The notes beneath the pieces were generated by a model, which was not told the origin of the DNA, made no database searches, and saw only the letters and a list, made by a program, of their open reading frames with translations. Shown here in pieces: positions 27,816 to 38,484 of a stretch of 64,000 bases of DNA. How positions within the stretch are numbered: position 1 is the first letter of the stretch; each line of letters opens with the position of its first letter. The translations under genes and the position numbers were made by a program. Origin of the DNA: an uncultured virus (IMG/VR IMGVR_UViG_2667527573_000005) (Duplodnaviria > Heunggongvirae > Uroviricota > Caudoviricetes); IMG/VR virus record IMGVR_UViG_2667527573_000005, positions 62,001-126,000 of that record; one strand, written 5' to 3'.

Positions 27816-29563
27816 TGGCAAGCTACAAAAACTTCACCTCTAAGAACAATAAACATACAAAAAATCGAACAGATATTTATGAATCTTCATTTGAAACTCC
27901 AGTAAATCCTAATGATAGTTCTAACTTAATACAGAAAAACATTTCAAAATGGGCAGAATTCACCTCCTTCATTCGTTTTTATCCTGATATTTTTTATGAC
28001 ATGTTAAAACCCGAAGTTGGTGGAATTGAACTTGATTTATACCAAAGAGTTATGATGAGAACTCTAAGTCGCTTCCCTCAAAATTACTTCTGTATTCCTC
28101 GCGGTGGATCAAAAACCCTCACTCAAATCATGGTAGCGTACCATACAGCAATTTGTTTTCCAAATGTCACACTAGCTATAACCGCTTCAACCAAAGAATC
28201 TGCGGTTAAAATTTGGAAAGAAAAACATGATGAAATCCTAAGATTCTACCCTTCTATTGCAGATGAAATCAAAAGTGAAAGTTTTTCCAAAGACACTGGA
28301 AGAGTTGAATTTCAAAACGGCGCAATTATCGATAACCTAGCCAATGCCCAATCTTCTAAGGGTTTACGTAGAAGACGCGGCTCTCTGGAGGAATCTGCAT
28401 TAATCGATAAAGATCTATATGATGATGCCATTGAACCAATATTCAATATTCCTCGTACTACAATGACTGGTGAAATTGATCCTGCAGAATTAAATGGCCA
28501 AATAAACCGTTTTTCAACATCAGGATACAAAAACTCTGATGAATACGAAAAGATTCTTACTATGGTTAAAGAAACTGGTGACTTGAAAGGCTCTTTTGTG
28601 TTTGGATCTGATTGGCGAATTCCTATTCACTTTGGTCGTCAAAAAATGTCCACGATTAATAAAGCCAGACAAGGAAACGTTACCCGCTTTCGACAAAACT
28701 ATCTTTGCGATTGGATTGGTGCAAGTGACGGAGCTTTAATCAACATCAGTAAATTAATTAAAGCCAGAACTATTACACAACCAGAACTATCTTGTCCTCG
28801 GGATAAAAACAAAAACTTTTTGCTTAATGAGTATGTTATTGGTGTAGACGTTGCCCGTTCTTCAGCTGAGTCAAACAACAAAACAGCTATTATTGTTTTA
28901 AAAATTATCAGGAATAGTAACAACCTAATTAGACAAGTTCAAGTAGTCAACATCATTGAACCACCTAATGGATTAAGCTTTAAGGAGCAATCTATCATGG
29001 TGAAAAGAGTCTTTAAAAATTATGGCGGCAATCAAGACCTCTCACTCTCTAGAGTCAAAGCTGTTGTTGTTGATGGTAATGGAGTCGGCGGCGGATTAAT
29101 CGACCGATTATTGGAAGATGTTACTGATCCTGAAACAAATGAAGAGCTTGGATGTTGGGCTACAATTAATACTGATCAAAAACCAGACGTACCTAACTCA
29201 CCTGAAGTCGTTTACAATCTAAAATCACAGGGTATAAACCAGGATATTATCACTCAGTTTTTAGACTATGTTGAATCGGGCAAGCTAAAGTTACTCAAAG
29301 CTTTCGAAGATATTAAAAACCAAAAAGACATTGCAGATGATGTTATGGTTGAAGCAGCGTGTATTCAAACTCAGTTGTTTATTGACGAAGTGGCCAACCT
29401 ACGGATCAAGAAAAACCAAAATTCTTTTACTGTTGAACAGGTTGTAAAACGTATCGATAAAGACAGATATAGTGCGATTGCTTACGCCTTATATTACATT
29501 GCTCAATTTTTAGAGAAAGAGGAATCCGATGAAGAGTATTCATTTGGGTTCTTTTTTAATTGA
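27815..29563 (+). CDS. Terminase large subunit (yonF position)
   Basis: PRGGSKT Walker A, LEE Walker B, IGVDVAR, VVDGNGVG, KDRYSA nuclease motifs. Confidence 0.92.
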   Translation: MASYKNFTSKNNKHTKNRTDIYESSFETPVNPNDSSNLIQKNISKWAEFTSFIRFYPDIFYDMLKPEVGGIELDLYQRVMMRTLSRFPQNYFCIPRGGSKTLTQIMVAYHTAICFPNVTLAITASTKESAVKIWKEKHDEILRFYPSIADEIKSESFSKDTGRVEFQNGAIIDNLANAQSSKGLRRRRGSLEESALIDKDLYDDAIEPIFNIPRTTMTGEIDPAELNGQINRFSTSGYKNSDEYEKILTMVKETGDLKGSFVFGSDWRIPIHFGRQKMSTINKARQGNVTRFRQNYLCDWIGASDGALINISKLIKARTITQPELSCPRDKNKNFLLNEYVIGVDVARSSAESNNKTAIIVLKIIRNSNNLIRQVQVVNIIEPPNGLSFKEQSIMVKRVFKNYGGNQDLSLSRVKAVVVDGNGVGGGLIDRLLEDVTDPETNEELGCWATINTDQKPDVPNSPEVVYNLKSQGINQDIITQFLDYVESGKLKLLKAFEDIKNQKDIADDVMVEAACIQTQLFIDEVANLRIKKNQNSFTVEQVVKRIDKDRYSAIAYALYYIAQFLEKEESDEEYSFGFFFN

Positions 29564-29586
29564 ATTTTTTAATCAGGAGGTGAAAA

Positions 29587-31125
29587 ATGGATACTCAAAA
29601 AGAGCCGTCTTATGAATATAATACTGATTTGTCAAACCTGGATTCACTATTTTTCAATACCTCAAATACATCCGTTTCATATGATCGAGTGAAAACTTGG
29701 CTTAATAATCACAATCTTTACAACAAACAAATTCGAAATGCCTCAAAATTTCTTTATAATTCAAATGGTATTTACAGAAATGTAATTGACTATATGGTTT
29801 CTCTCCCTACCCTAGACAGAGTTGTCTACGGGAACTCAAATAATCATAGTCAATTAAAATTGGACAAACGAACATATGGAATCGCATTAAGAAAAATAAA
29901 TGACAAAAATATTGTTCGAGATTCACTTAGAAAATTAAGTCTTTACGGCACATCTTTCCATTATTTTGAATCAGTTGCAACCGACAGCTTTCCTAAAACA
30001 CTTAGTGATTATGAAGTTGATTCAATATCTGAAATCAACGATACACAAGAGTTCAATTGTTCTATCCTCCCTCTCCCTATCGATTACTGCAAAATTGTCG
30101 GGAGAAAAAATTCTTCATATTTAGTGGCTTTTGATGTATCCTACTTTGATCAATTCACAAGCAAAGGGCGATCTTTAAAACTTAAAAGGTGGCCAAAGGA
30201 ATTTAGACAAGGTTATGTTGAGTACAAAAAAGATCTCAATAAACGTTGGCTCGTATTAGACAACAATAAGACAGTCACCGTTAAAGGTAGCGCTGATATG
30301 GAAGATCAATGGGGACGACCGATTGGACTAGCTGCATTTGTTGATATGGTTTATGACGATTATTTTGTTGATACAAAAAGAAACATCCTTGATGATTTGA
30401 ACAGTACATTAATTTATCAAACATTGCCCGAAGGTGAAAAGAAAGGTGTTTCTTCCTTAACGCAAAAGCAACAAGAGCAACAGCACAACAGCATCAAAAA
30501 TGCCTTAGTTTCTAAAGGCGCTGTAAAAGGTATAAAATTCTTCTCTTTGGCCTCTGGCACTAAGCTTGACAAGCTTGAGACTAACGTTGATTTCCTTAAA
30601 GTCAAAGGTGAAGATGAATTAATAAAACGAATATCAACTAACTTAGGTTTTGCAGGTTCAGCGTTAAATGGACAAGACGGAAATTATTCCTCTCAATCTA
30701 CAAACATTGAAATGGTGTCCTCACAAATTTTCTCCTGGTTAGAACAAATCTCCTGTGAGTTTAACAAAGTCATTAATGCAAATATCATTAAAAATCCTCA
30801 GTCTTATGTTGAAGTCTATTATCTCCCCCTTACCCACGTTAACCGTAAAGAAAAAGTCCAAAATATGAAAGACTTGTACACGAGTGGTCGAGGAAGTTTG
30901 ACTGCTTGGATAGCAGCTACTGGGTGGAATCCTGATGCCTACTTGTCATTAATGGAATATGAAAAAGAAGAAGGATTCGATGAGAAGTTCCCTGTTCATG
31001 CAACTTCCTACACTATGAGCAAGAAAGATAAGTCTGTTGGTCGCCCTGAAGACGATAGTTCTCAAAACGAGAACACCATTAAGTCCAAAACAAATAATAG
31101 TAACGGTACGCCCTCTGGCTCATGA
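29587..31125 (+). CDS. Portal protein (yonE position)
   Basis: 512 aa directly after terminase. Confidence 0.8.
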   Translation: MDTQKEPSYEYNTDLSNLDSLFFNTSNTSVSYDRVKTWLNNHNLYNKQIRNASKFLYNSNGIYRNVIDYMVSLPTLDRVVYGNSNNHSQLKLDKRTYGIALRKINDKNIVRDSLRKLSLYGTSFHYFESVATDSFPKTLSDYEVDSISEINDTQEFNCSILPLPIDYCKIVGRKNSSYLVAFDVSYFDQFTSKGRSLKLKRWPKEFRQGYVEYKKDLNKRWLVLDNNKTVTVKGSADMEDQWGRPIGLAAFVDMVYDDYFVDTKRNILDDLNSTLIYQTLPEGEKKGVSSLTQKQQEQQHNSIKNALVSKGAVKGIKFFSLASGTKLDKLETNVDFLKVKGEDELIKRISTNLGFAGSALNGQDGNYSSQSTNIEMVSSQIFSWLEQISCEFNKVINANIIKNPQSYVEVYYLPLTHVNRKEKVQNMKDLYTSGRGSLTAWIAATGWNPDAYLSLMEYEKEEGFDEKFPVHATSYTMSKKDKSVGRPEDDSSQNENTIKSKTNNSNGTPSGS

Positions 31126-31143
31126 AGGGAGGTGAATTAATAT

Positions 31144-32292
31144 TTGAGAAGTGCAATCTTAGAGATTAATAATCAGCGAAAAGTAAGTGGACGAACCTTT
31201 GTAAAGTGGGTAGTTCTTGAAATACATGAAAACAATGCCCAATACAATAAAAACGGTATTACCTGGATCGAAAAATATGTTAATGCAAACTTAAATTCCA
31301 TTAAGGATATGCCGCTGTGTGTAGAATTTATTGATTGTGAAAACAGTGAGCCATTTGGTCATGGAATGACGGAAATTAAAGACGGGACTCCCCTGTTTGA
31401 AAACAGCACTGTAGTGGGCGTTACAACAAATGGATATATCGACACTATTGAAGTAAATGGTCAACAAAAGAGAGTACTAATTGGTGAGGGTTTTATTTAC
31501 AACCAAAGGTATCCTAAGTTTGTACAATGGCTTAAATCGAAAATGTTTGATGGAGATTTCCCAGAAACCTCAGTAGAAATTTCCGCAGTTGAAGGAAGCT
31601 CTTCAATTGAGTATGACGGTGGGTACAAAGAAAAAGGTCGTATACCTATGAGGTTTGATTTTACCGGCGACGCAATTCTAGGAATTGACCCAGCTGATGA
31701 TGCTGCTGTCTTACTGGAACTAAATAATAATCACAAGGAGGAACAGTCAATGGCAAAAACACATGATGAAACATTAGTTGAATTGAATAATAAGCTAAAC
31801 ATTGAGAATAAAGCACTGGAAACAAAAGTGGCTGAACTTAATGAGGCGATCAAGAAAAAAGATGAGGAATTAAATGCGGCTGTAAAAGCAGCTAAAGATG
31901 AGAAAGCAAAAGTTGAGGAGAAAGAAAAAGAAATCAAAAAAGCAAAAGAAGATAAAGAAAAAGCTGATGCCGAGTTGAATTCACTGAAAGAATTCAAACA
32001 ACGCGCAGAAAACGAAAAGCTAAAAAGCGAACTAAATCAAGATCTCACTAAATATACAGAGAAAGAAAAATCGGTAGCGAAAGAAAAAATCGAACTCTTC
32101 TCCAAATCTCCTTCTCTTGAGCTAAAGACACAAATTCTCTCGGAAATTAACTCCTCAATTGCTCAATCATTTATTGCTCAACGTCAAAAGAATCAATCGA
32201 CTGAAACAAATAGCACTATTGATAAAAACATTTATTCAGAAATTAATGATGCTGGACAAGAAAGCTCAGTATCTATTGATGATCTCTATTAA
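31144..32292 (+). CDS. Prohead protease/scaffold protein (yonD position)
   Basis: YNKNG, H, TSVEI, FTGDAILG protease-like N-half; K/E-rich coiled-coil C-half. Confidence 0.75.
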   Translation: MRSAILEINNQRKVSGRTFVKWVVLEIHENNAQYNKNGITWIEKYVNANLNSIKDMPLCVEFIDCENSEPFGHGMTEIKDGTPLFENSTVVGVTTNGYIDTIEVNGQQKRVLIGEGFIYNQRYPKFVQWLKSKMFDGDFPETSVEISAVEGSSSIEYDGGYKEKGRIPMRFDFTGDAILGIDPADDAAVLLELNNNHKEEQSMAKTHDETLVELNNKLNIENKALETKVAELNEAIKKKDEELNAAVKAAKDEKAKVEEKEKEIKKAKEDKEKADAELNSLKEFKQRAENEKLKSELNQDLTKYTEKEKSVAKEKIELFSKSPSLELKTQILSEINSSIAQSFIAQRQKNQSTETNSTIDKNIYSEINDAGQESSVSIDDLY

Positions 32293-32328
32293 GATAAAAT
32301 AACACTTTTATAGAAATGAGGAATTTAT

Positions 32329-32793
32329 ATGTTCAAGTTTGGAACTATTGGTGCCTTCAAACAGGTGCGAAATAACCCGCGTTGTAAAGCAACAAAAGAT
32401 TTAGTGCCTGGCTTGGTTGTGTTACCAGATGACTCTACTGGCCTGGCGCCTACCCCTGCCGATGCTACAGCAGCAAAGGGCGACATTTATGTTGTTGGCA
32501 ATATCATTGATAAACCTGAGGTTAGAAACAAAGCTGATTTTAAAGTATTGAAAGATGAATACGTTCGTGCTTTCCGTGTAACTGATTTGGCTGACCTACC
32601 AGTTGAATTGAGTCAAGATACAGTTCAAGGTTTTGATGCTCTCATTGTGGGCGATGTTATTGTCCCAGCAGGTGATGGAACTGGTCAATGGACTAAAGCT
32701 GGAGAAGATGTTGCTGATTATAAAGTTAAGCTTAAAGTTCTTGAAAAAACTACATTCGGTGGTAAAGGTCTGTACTTAAAAGTACAAGCCTAA
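32329..32793 (+). CDS. Capsid decoration/cement-like protein (yonC position)
   Basis: 154 aa between scaffold and major capsid gene. Confidence 0.6.
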   Translation: MFKFGTIGAFKQVRNNPRCKATKDLVPGLVVLPDDSTGLAPTPADATAAKGDIYVVGNIIDKPEVRNKADFKVLKDEYVRAFRVTDLADLPVELSQDTVQGFDALIVGDVIVPAGDGTGQWTKAGEDVADYKVKLKVLEKTTFGGKGLYLKVQA

Positions 32794-32818
32794 TCCCTAA
32801 CTTTTGGAGGTAAAACTT

Positions 32819-33922
32819 ATGAAAATTGAACTTAATAACGTAAAACGGGATTCAGATGTGTTTGCTAATCCCAAGTTAAATTCAAAATCGCCAATTATTG
32901 AGATCTTCTCTGCAATTGCAACAGGAAAAGATATTTCTAAATTCGGTAATAAAGCCGATACAGTTATGAAACATGTCAAAGATTTAGCAGCTCAAGCTGT
33001 ACTAGGAAACCCCGTGGCAAAAGCTGAAATAAATACAATTGTTAGATTGGCAATTGAACCTAAACTTATTTCAGCTGTTAAATTATTTGATTTCATGGGT
33101 ACTTTTAGACAAATCGGTTATGATCAACAACCAATGATGACTACATACGCACACGAATCAATTAGAAGTGGTTTCCAAGCTTCTCGTGGAGACGTTCCTT
33201 TTGCTACTACAACTTGGAACGAATACCCTATTGGAACACAGACTATTTCAGCAGGCTATGCTGTTAATTACCGTGAAATCCAAAGTGGAAACCTAGATAA
33301 AGTTGCTGAAGGTATGGAACAAGTTCAGACCGATATGATGAATAAAGCTATGTATTATGTCGTAAATGAAATGTACAACGCCATTAAGTCAGCTACCGGT
33401 GTTAAATATTTCTCGGAAAATGCCGGTATTCAAAAATCTGCAGTTGATGACACTATTAAGAAGGTTCGTAGATTCGGTCAACCATCTATCGTTGGTGATT
33501 ATTCTGTTGTTTCTCAGTTAAATGATTTTGCTGGATTCCAAGCAGTCGCCGGAGATGCGACTAGTACAAAATTGCCTGAATCAGTAATGGATGAAATCCG
33601 CAAGACAGGTTTACTGAGTACTTATAAAGGTTCTTCTGTTGTTGAATTACCTAATGCATACAACCTCACTGAACTTAACAAGACTGGAGATAACTTCAAA
33701 ACTTACCTTCCTGAAGGTCTCCTATTCTTCATTCCTCAAGGTGCAAAATCTCCTCTTCAAGTATTCCAACGTGGTGGATTAACTTCTATGACAGGTAACG
33801 ATATCGTGTCTGGTACAGAGATTACTCGATTTGACATGGAAATCGGTGCAGGTGTAGCTAAAGGACAAGAATATCAAATCGGATTAATCCGTGATGAAAA
33901 TTTCGAAATCACACCTGAATAA
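32819..33922 (+). CDS. Major capsid protein (yonB position)
   Basis: ATG after GGAGG; size and position typical of an HK97-fold capsid gene. Confidence 0.8.
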   Translation: MKIELNNVKRDSDVFANPKLNSKSPIIEIFSAIATGKDISKFGNKADTVMKHVKDLAAQAVLGNPVAKAEINTIVRLAIEPKLISAVKLFDFMGTFRQIGYDQQPMMTTYAHESIRSGFQASRGDVPFATTTWNEYPIGTQTISAGYAVNYREIQSGNLDKVAEGMEQVQTDMMNKAMYYVVNEMYNAIKSATGVKYFSENAGIQKSAVDDTIKKVRRFGQPSIVGDYSVVSQLNDFAGFQAVAGDATSTKLPESVMDEIRKTGLLSTYKGSSVVELPNAYNLTELNKTGDNFKTYLPEGLLFFIPQGAKSPLQVFQRGGLTSMTGNDIVSGTEITRFDMEIGAGVAKGQEYQIGLIRDENFEITPE

Positions 33923-33972
33923 AATCATTATGGAGGGCATTGTCCCTCCTAAGTAAAATTATGGAGGGTATT

Positions 33973-34446
33973 ATGTCAATTAATTTAGATAAGAAAATCG
34001 CTATTAAAAATTTGTGCTCGTGGGACTTATATTTCAAAAAATTAGAAAGCCATGGAGATTTCCGTTTACCTGCTAATGGCATTCGTCAAATTACAGTAGG
34101 TGAAGTTCAGTCTCAAGTTTTTGATAATGTGAAAATGTTTGTAGGCACTGATGGGCAAGGGTCTCATGCGAAAATTTTCATTGATGATAAAGAAACTAGG
34201 GTTCACCTTGGGTTTGAGGCTGCTGAAAATGACAGTGAGCAAGAAGTGATCACACCTGAAAGAATCAAGCAGATTTTAGCTTACAAAACTCAGAAAACAT
34301 TCGAAGAAAATGTAACTAAAGATATCAAACTAGAATCCGAAAAAGCTCAGTTATTTGAAATTGCAAAGAAAGAAAAAGTAAATGACTATAAAAAGATCAA
34401 GTTTATCGAAGAGTTTACTGGTTTTAAATTTGATACAGAATCATAA
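33973..34446 (+). CDS. Head-module protein (yonA position)
   Basis: ATG after GGAGGG; follows capsid gene. Confidence 0.6.
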   Translation: MSINLDKKIAIKNLCSWDLYFKKLESHGDFRLPANGIRQITVGEVQSQVFDNVKMFVGTDGQGSHAKIFIDDKETRVHLGFEAAENDSEQEVITPERIKQILAYKTQKTFEENVTKDIKLESEKAQLFEIAKKEKVNDYKKIKFIEEFTGFKFDTES

Positions 34447-34457
34447 GGAGTGATTTA

Positions 34458-34844
34458 ATGACGCCTTATGAAAAAATTATCAATGTTTTTCATTCTTTGT
34501 TTCAATCGAACGAAGTGTTGCCGGAGGGTCTTGAAAAACAGTTTTTGATTAATGCTATTAGCGATTACGAAACAGATCTTACAGATATTGGTTTCCACGA
34601 AGAAACTAATACGTTTGATGTCACACTTTCAAGAGCTCAAACCCAATTACTCGGAATGCTTATGTACAGAGGATATTTAGGCAGATACAGAGATAGAGCT
34701 CTCAAGTTGAATAACGTAATTGGACGAGATATTCAATTAACAGGCTTAGCAAACACAAAAGCACAAGTTAATAGAGCATATGAGAGCTTGTGTGATGATA
34801 TTGATCAAAAAATTAGCAAGCTTAAAACCAATAATTTCGAGTGA
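34458..34844 (+). CDS. Head-tail adaptor-like protein (yomZ position)
   Basis: MTPYEKI start, 128 aa helical, position. Confidence 0.6.
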   Translation: MTPYEKIINVFHSLFQSNEVLPEGLEKQFLINAISDYETDLTDIGFHEETNTFDVTLSRAQTQLLGMLMYRGYLGRYRDRALKLNNVIGRDIQLTGLANTKAQVNRAYESLCDDIDQKISKLKTNNFE

Positions 34845-34853
34845 GGTGCTTAG

Positions 34854-35516
34854 ATGTCAATAGATTGGTACCTTTCTTCCTCCTCGAATTATTTAAGTGG
34901 CTGGGAAAACGATGAATTTAATACAAACAAATATGAAATATTTAAAGAAATTCTTGCGAATTCACCCGAAACATATGATATTGAGCTCAATCATAAGTCT
35001 CAACAGGTAATTATCCAAACAACCCAAGACAGTGAAACTAAGAAAGTGCTTACCGTTTTAGGATTGCTTAATCGAGGCGACTTGATTAAATATGATGATA
35101 GTTATTGGATTGTTAATTCAAGACCTACAGACAATAAAATGAACGATAGTGCTACTATGAGACTTTGTAACACCTCATTTTTTCTAACCTCAGAAGACAA
35201 GTTAGTCGATACTGGCAAAATTAACGAAATCACTGGTAAGCCAATTTACGAAAAAGTACCTGGTGAAAAAACTGAAGTCCCCTGCATATTCGAAAGGACA
35301 ACTTCAATAAATGGCACTGAATTGGCGGTAAATCTTCCAGATGGTCAAGCAAACATTACAATTCCTTATCTTGTTCATGAAAAATTGAAAATCGGACTTA
35401 CCCTCACCTTCTTTGGCGAAGATTATCAAGTCGATGATATAGACTATTCTAAAGTTTATGGAGACCACGGAACAATAAAATTGGTTGCCAAAAAGAAAGT
35501 TGGTGAAAAGGCATGA
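34854..35516 (+). CDS. yomX: YomX-like head closure/neck protein
   Basis: Synteny and recalled sequence. Confidence 0.6.
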   Translation: MSIDWYLSSSSNYLSGWENDEFNTNKYEIFKEILANSPETYDIELNHKSQQVIIQTTQDSETKKVLTVLGLLNRGDLIKYDDSYWIVNSRPTDNKMNDSATMRLCNTSFFLTSEDKLVDTGKINEITGKPIYEKVPGEKTEVPCIFERTTSINGTELAVNLPDGQANITIPYLVHEKLKIGLTLTFFGEDYQVDDIDYSKVYGDHGTIKLVAKKKVGEKA

Positions 35517-36019
35517 GCATGACTGTTGAACAGATGACAAAAATCTTCAGATTAGTTATGGATGATGTTGAACTGAATCGGCTCTTGTATTACAAAACTG
35601 ATCCTCTCTCCCCTTCTCATCCAGATGTTCAATCACTCGAAAATTATTATGACTCCACAAATGACTCTCCCGCTATAATCAATACCATATTCAAGCGAGC
35701 ACCTAAAACAGATGATCTATCGGATTCACCGTTATGTAGGATGTGTGTTTATTTAGGGAACGCATTACCAAAACCATCCAACCAAAGTGCGATGCTTCTT
35801 GATCAAGACTTGATGATTGATGTTTTCACCCATATTAACACCTTTGAAGAAACCGAATTTAGAAATCTTAAGATTAATGACAGAATTAACAAGCTCTTGT
35901 TCAATCAGAATTTTGCTGGTATTGGTAAGACAAACTCTTATAAAAGATTGTTAATCACTAATCCACCTGACGGTTACCTTGGATATAAATTAATATATAC
36001 CTTTGGGGCAATGAAATGA
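35513..36019 (+). CDS. yomW: YomW-like tail terminator/neck protein
   Basis: 168 aa, synteny. Confidence 0.65.
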   Translation: MSMTVEQMTKIFRLVMDDVELNRLLYYKTDPLSPSHPDVQSLENYYDSTNDSPAIINTIFKRAPKTDDLSDSPLCRMCVYLGNALPKPSNQSAMLLDQDLMIDVFTHINTFEETEFRNLKINDRINKLLFNQNFAGIGKTNSYKRLLITNPPDGYLGYKLIYTFGAMK

Positions 36020-36744
36020 TTGATAGTGAATTCTTTATAACCGGTGAACCAATCCCTACTGAATTTGGCGATTGTCGATTTATAAAAGTTAAGGAATATG
36101 CTTTTTTAACTCCGTACCTCAGCTGGTTTAAGATGTCTAAGAAAGAGATTATTTATACTTACAGCAAAAAGGAAAATAATCAATTTGGCCAATTAGATGG
36201 TCTTATTGCCGAACTTAAAAAACTGTCATTATTTGAAATTACAAGTATCCTTCCGAATTTTAAAGAAGCGTATGAAGTAATATTTAGTACAGTTTTTAAT
36301 GGCGTTGAAATTTTAGAGAAACTTACACCGGAAAATTTTGAAGCCCTAAGAGAATTGGTCTTGAGAATGTCTTGTCTAAAAGAGGAAAAAATCAGCTCTA
36401 ACCCAGAGATACAGCGAGCTAACGAGCGCAGCAAAAGGGTGAAAAGTCAGGATTCAGATTTGGTTGATATGGCAGACATCATGAGCAGTGTTGCTACTCA
36501 CACTGGATATTTGTACAAAGATATAAATGAAATGACTCTGTTTCAGTTATACATGACTTACTACAGAGTTGGTCAATTCAAACAGTACGATACCTCCACC
36601 CTGTTTGCAACCGTTTCACCTGATGCAGCCAAACACATGGAAAGCTGGGGAAAACATATCGACTTATTTGAAGAAGAAAAACATTACATAAGCAGAGAAA
36701 GTTTCATGAAACAAACTAAAGGTTTTGGTAAAGGCAGCGCATAG
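36016..36744 (+). CDS. yomV: YomV-like tail module protein
   Basis: 242 aa, synteny. Confidence 0.65.
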   Translation: MIDSEFFITGEPIPTEFGDCRFIKVKEYAFLTPYLSWFKMSKKEIIYTYSKKENNQFGQLDGLIAELKKLSLFEITSILPNFKEAYEVIFSTVFNGVEILEKLTPENFEALRELVLRMSCLKEEKISSNPEIQRANERSKRVKSQDSDLVDMADIMSSVATHTGYLYKDINEMTLFQLYMTYYRVGQFKQYDTSTLFATVSPDAAKHMESWGKHIDLFEEEKHYISRESFMKQTKGFGKGSA

Positions 36745-36755
36745 CTGTCTTTTTT
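36731..36755 (+). terminator. Intrinsic terminator before tail tube gene
   Basis: AAGGCAGC-gcata-GCTGTCTT then T-run. Confidence 0.6.
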
Positions 36756-36779
36756 ATTATTTAAGGAGGCAACAATTAG

Positions 36780-37574
36780 ATGAAAACAGTTATTCAAGAT
36801 ACAGCTGACGTTTATTTTAAACGAAAATCTGACGGTAAGCTTGTATTCACAGCCGAGGCACAAACAGCATCATTCTCCCAAGCAATCTCCGAAGAAAAAC
36901 TTAGAGGTGGAATCGGAAATAAACCACTTTACATTCTTAAATCTGAGAAGGAAATTAACCTAACTGTCAAAAATGCTTTCTTTGATTTAGAATGGCTTGC
37001 AATGACACAGGGTGAAACAATTCAGGAAGAAACAAAAGTAAAGGTTTTCGATAGAGAACATGGGCTGATTGTAGATGATACAAACAAAGTTACTCTAAAA
37101 GGAAAACCTGTAAGCGATGTTACTTTCTATAACAAAAAAGGTTTAACATATAAGATTGCTGTTTCAACTGATGGCACATATACAATTCCAACAGCATTTG
37201 CGGCTGCTAAAGACAAACTAACAGCTGTGTATCAAATTGAAAAAGTCGGTAGACGTTTAGCCATTAAAGCCAGCAAGTTCTCAGAACGATATGAAGTTGA
37301 ATATCGTACTATTGCTTATAATCCTGATACAGAAGAAGTTTACAGTGACATCTATATCCAGTTCCCTAACGTTTCTCCTTCAGGGGAATTTGAAATGTCA
37401 TTAGAAAATGGAAATGCTTTAGCACCTGAAATTAAGTTTGAAGCGTTAGCAGATACAGATACAGACGAAATGGCTGTAGTAATCGAAGCAAGTAGAGATG
37501 AAAATACCGCAGCTCCGGTTGAGGATACAAAAGGTTCAACTCAAAGCTCAGATCTTGGCGGAACAACTGAATAA
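36780..37574 (+). CDS. yomU: Major tail tube protein YomU
   Basis: MKTVIQDTADVYFKRKSDGKLVFTAEAQTASFSQ; 264 aa. Confidence 0.8.
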   Translation: MKTVIQDTADVYFKRKSDGKLVFTAEAQTASFSQAISEEKLRGGIGNKPLYILKSEKEINLTVKNAFFDLEWLAMTQGETIQEETKVKVFDREHGLIVDDTNKVTLKGKPVSDVTFYNKKGLTYKIAVSTDGTYTIPTAFAAAKDKLTAVYQIEKVGRRLAIKASKFSERYEVEYRTIAYNPDTEEVYSDIYIQFPNVSPSGEFEMSLENGNALAPEIKFEALADTDTDEMAVVIEASRDENTAAPVEDTKGSTQSSDLGGTTE

Positions 37575-37591
37575 TTAAGGAGGCGTTTATT

Positions 37592-38203
37592 ATTGCTTTT
37601 TTAAACCAGGACGGTGATAAATACACCTCTGCAAAAGATGATGGGACAGGTAATCCCATAACAGCTGTATCAATTGAACGTTCCACTATCCCATTGGAGG
37701 TTGGTCTCAATAATGACCAGCCTCTTAATGTTAATGTGGCCAACACTGCACTTGATGTAAATTTAACTAATACGGCTTCTGTCCCTGTTTTGGTTAAAAA
37801 CACTGCAGCAATTAAAACCCAAGTTCAAAAATCCTATTCTGAATTTGTTGTTACTGATGCTGATACTGTAGCTACAGGTGCAACTAAGTCTTATACAGTT
37901 GATCTAATCGATACACTTGGTGTTTTCAGAACTTACGGTGTTGCTATGTACACAACACAAACAGACAGCTCAAACAGCAAAGTTTTAGCAAGTATTTATT
38001 CCGTACCGAAAAACATCCCATTTTATTCTGCAACTACATCAGGTAATGATAATTCTGTTCTATTCAACAGTATTTCTTTTGTTCAGAATTACCCCTTACA
38101 AAAACAATTAACTTTCACTGCTCCAAAAATTCATCTGACAGTTAAAGCAGCCGGTACAGTTGATCTAACTGGGTTAAAGATCGTTGTTTGGGGGATGGAA
38201 TAA
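37592..38203 (+). CDS. Structural/tail-associated protein with probable ATT start
   Basis: AAGGAGG at 37577-37583, in-frame ATT 8 nt later, open into ORF 37694..38203. Confidence 0.65.
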   Translation: MAFLNQDGDKYTSAKDDGTGNPITAVSIERSTIPLEVGLNNDQPLNVNVANTALDVNLTNTASVPVLVKNTAAIKTQVQKSYSEFVVTDADTVATGATKSYTVDLIDTLGVFRTYGVAMYTTQTDSSNSKVLASIYSVPKNIPFYSATTSGNDNSVLFNSISFVQNYPLQKQLTFTAPKIHLTVKAAGTVDLTGLKIVVWGME

Positions 38204-38430
38204 TGACATTTGATGAAGTATGTGGTCTGTTCAAACAATTTGATGGTTTGGAACAAAAATTCCTATTGCTATCAGATGGTTCCTATATCAGTGTTGATGA
38301 TTTCAAGCAACGGTTTGAAGGCGACTTCAATGAGTACGAACCTTTAAGTTCACTTCAGTCATCCCCTTCTTCTACCCCAGCTTGGGAAGGTATATGGAAT
38401 AAGCTACAAGAGGATGGGCTTTTTGAATAA
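38203..38430 (+). CDS. yomT: YomT-like small protein
   Basis: TAATG overlap, 75 aa, synteny. Confidence 0.65.
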   Translation: MTFDEVCGLFKQFDGLEQKFLLLSDGSYISVDDFKQRFEGDFNEYEPLSSLQSSPSSTPAWEGIWNKLQEDGLFE

Positions 38431-38484
38431 GTCCTCCCCTCTTATTTTTCTAGATAAAAGACAGTTTTTATTCAAATTAAGGAG

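Noticed and set aside
37560..37600. Programmed frameshift extending the tail tube protein
   Set aside because: TGA at 37568 in the target frame and no slippery sequence
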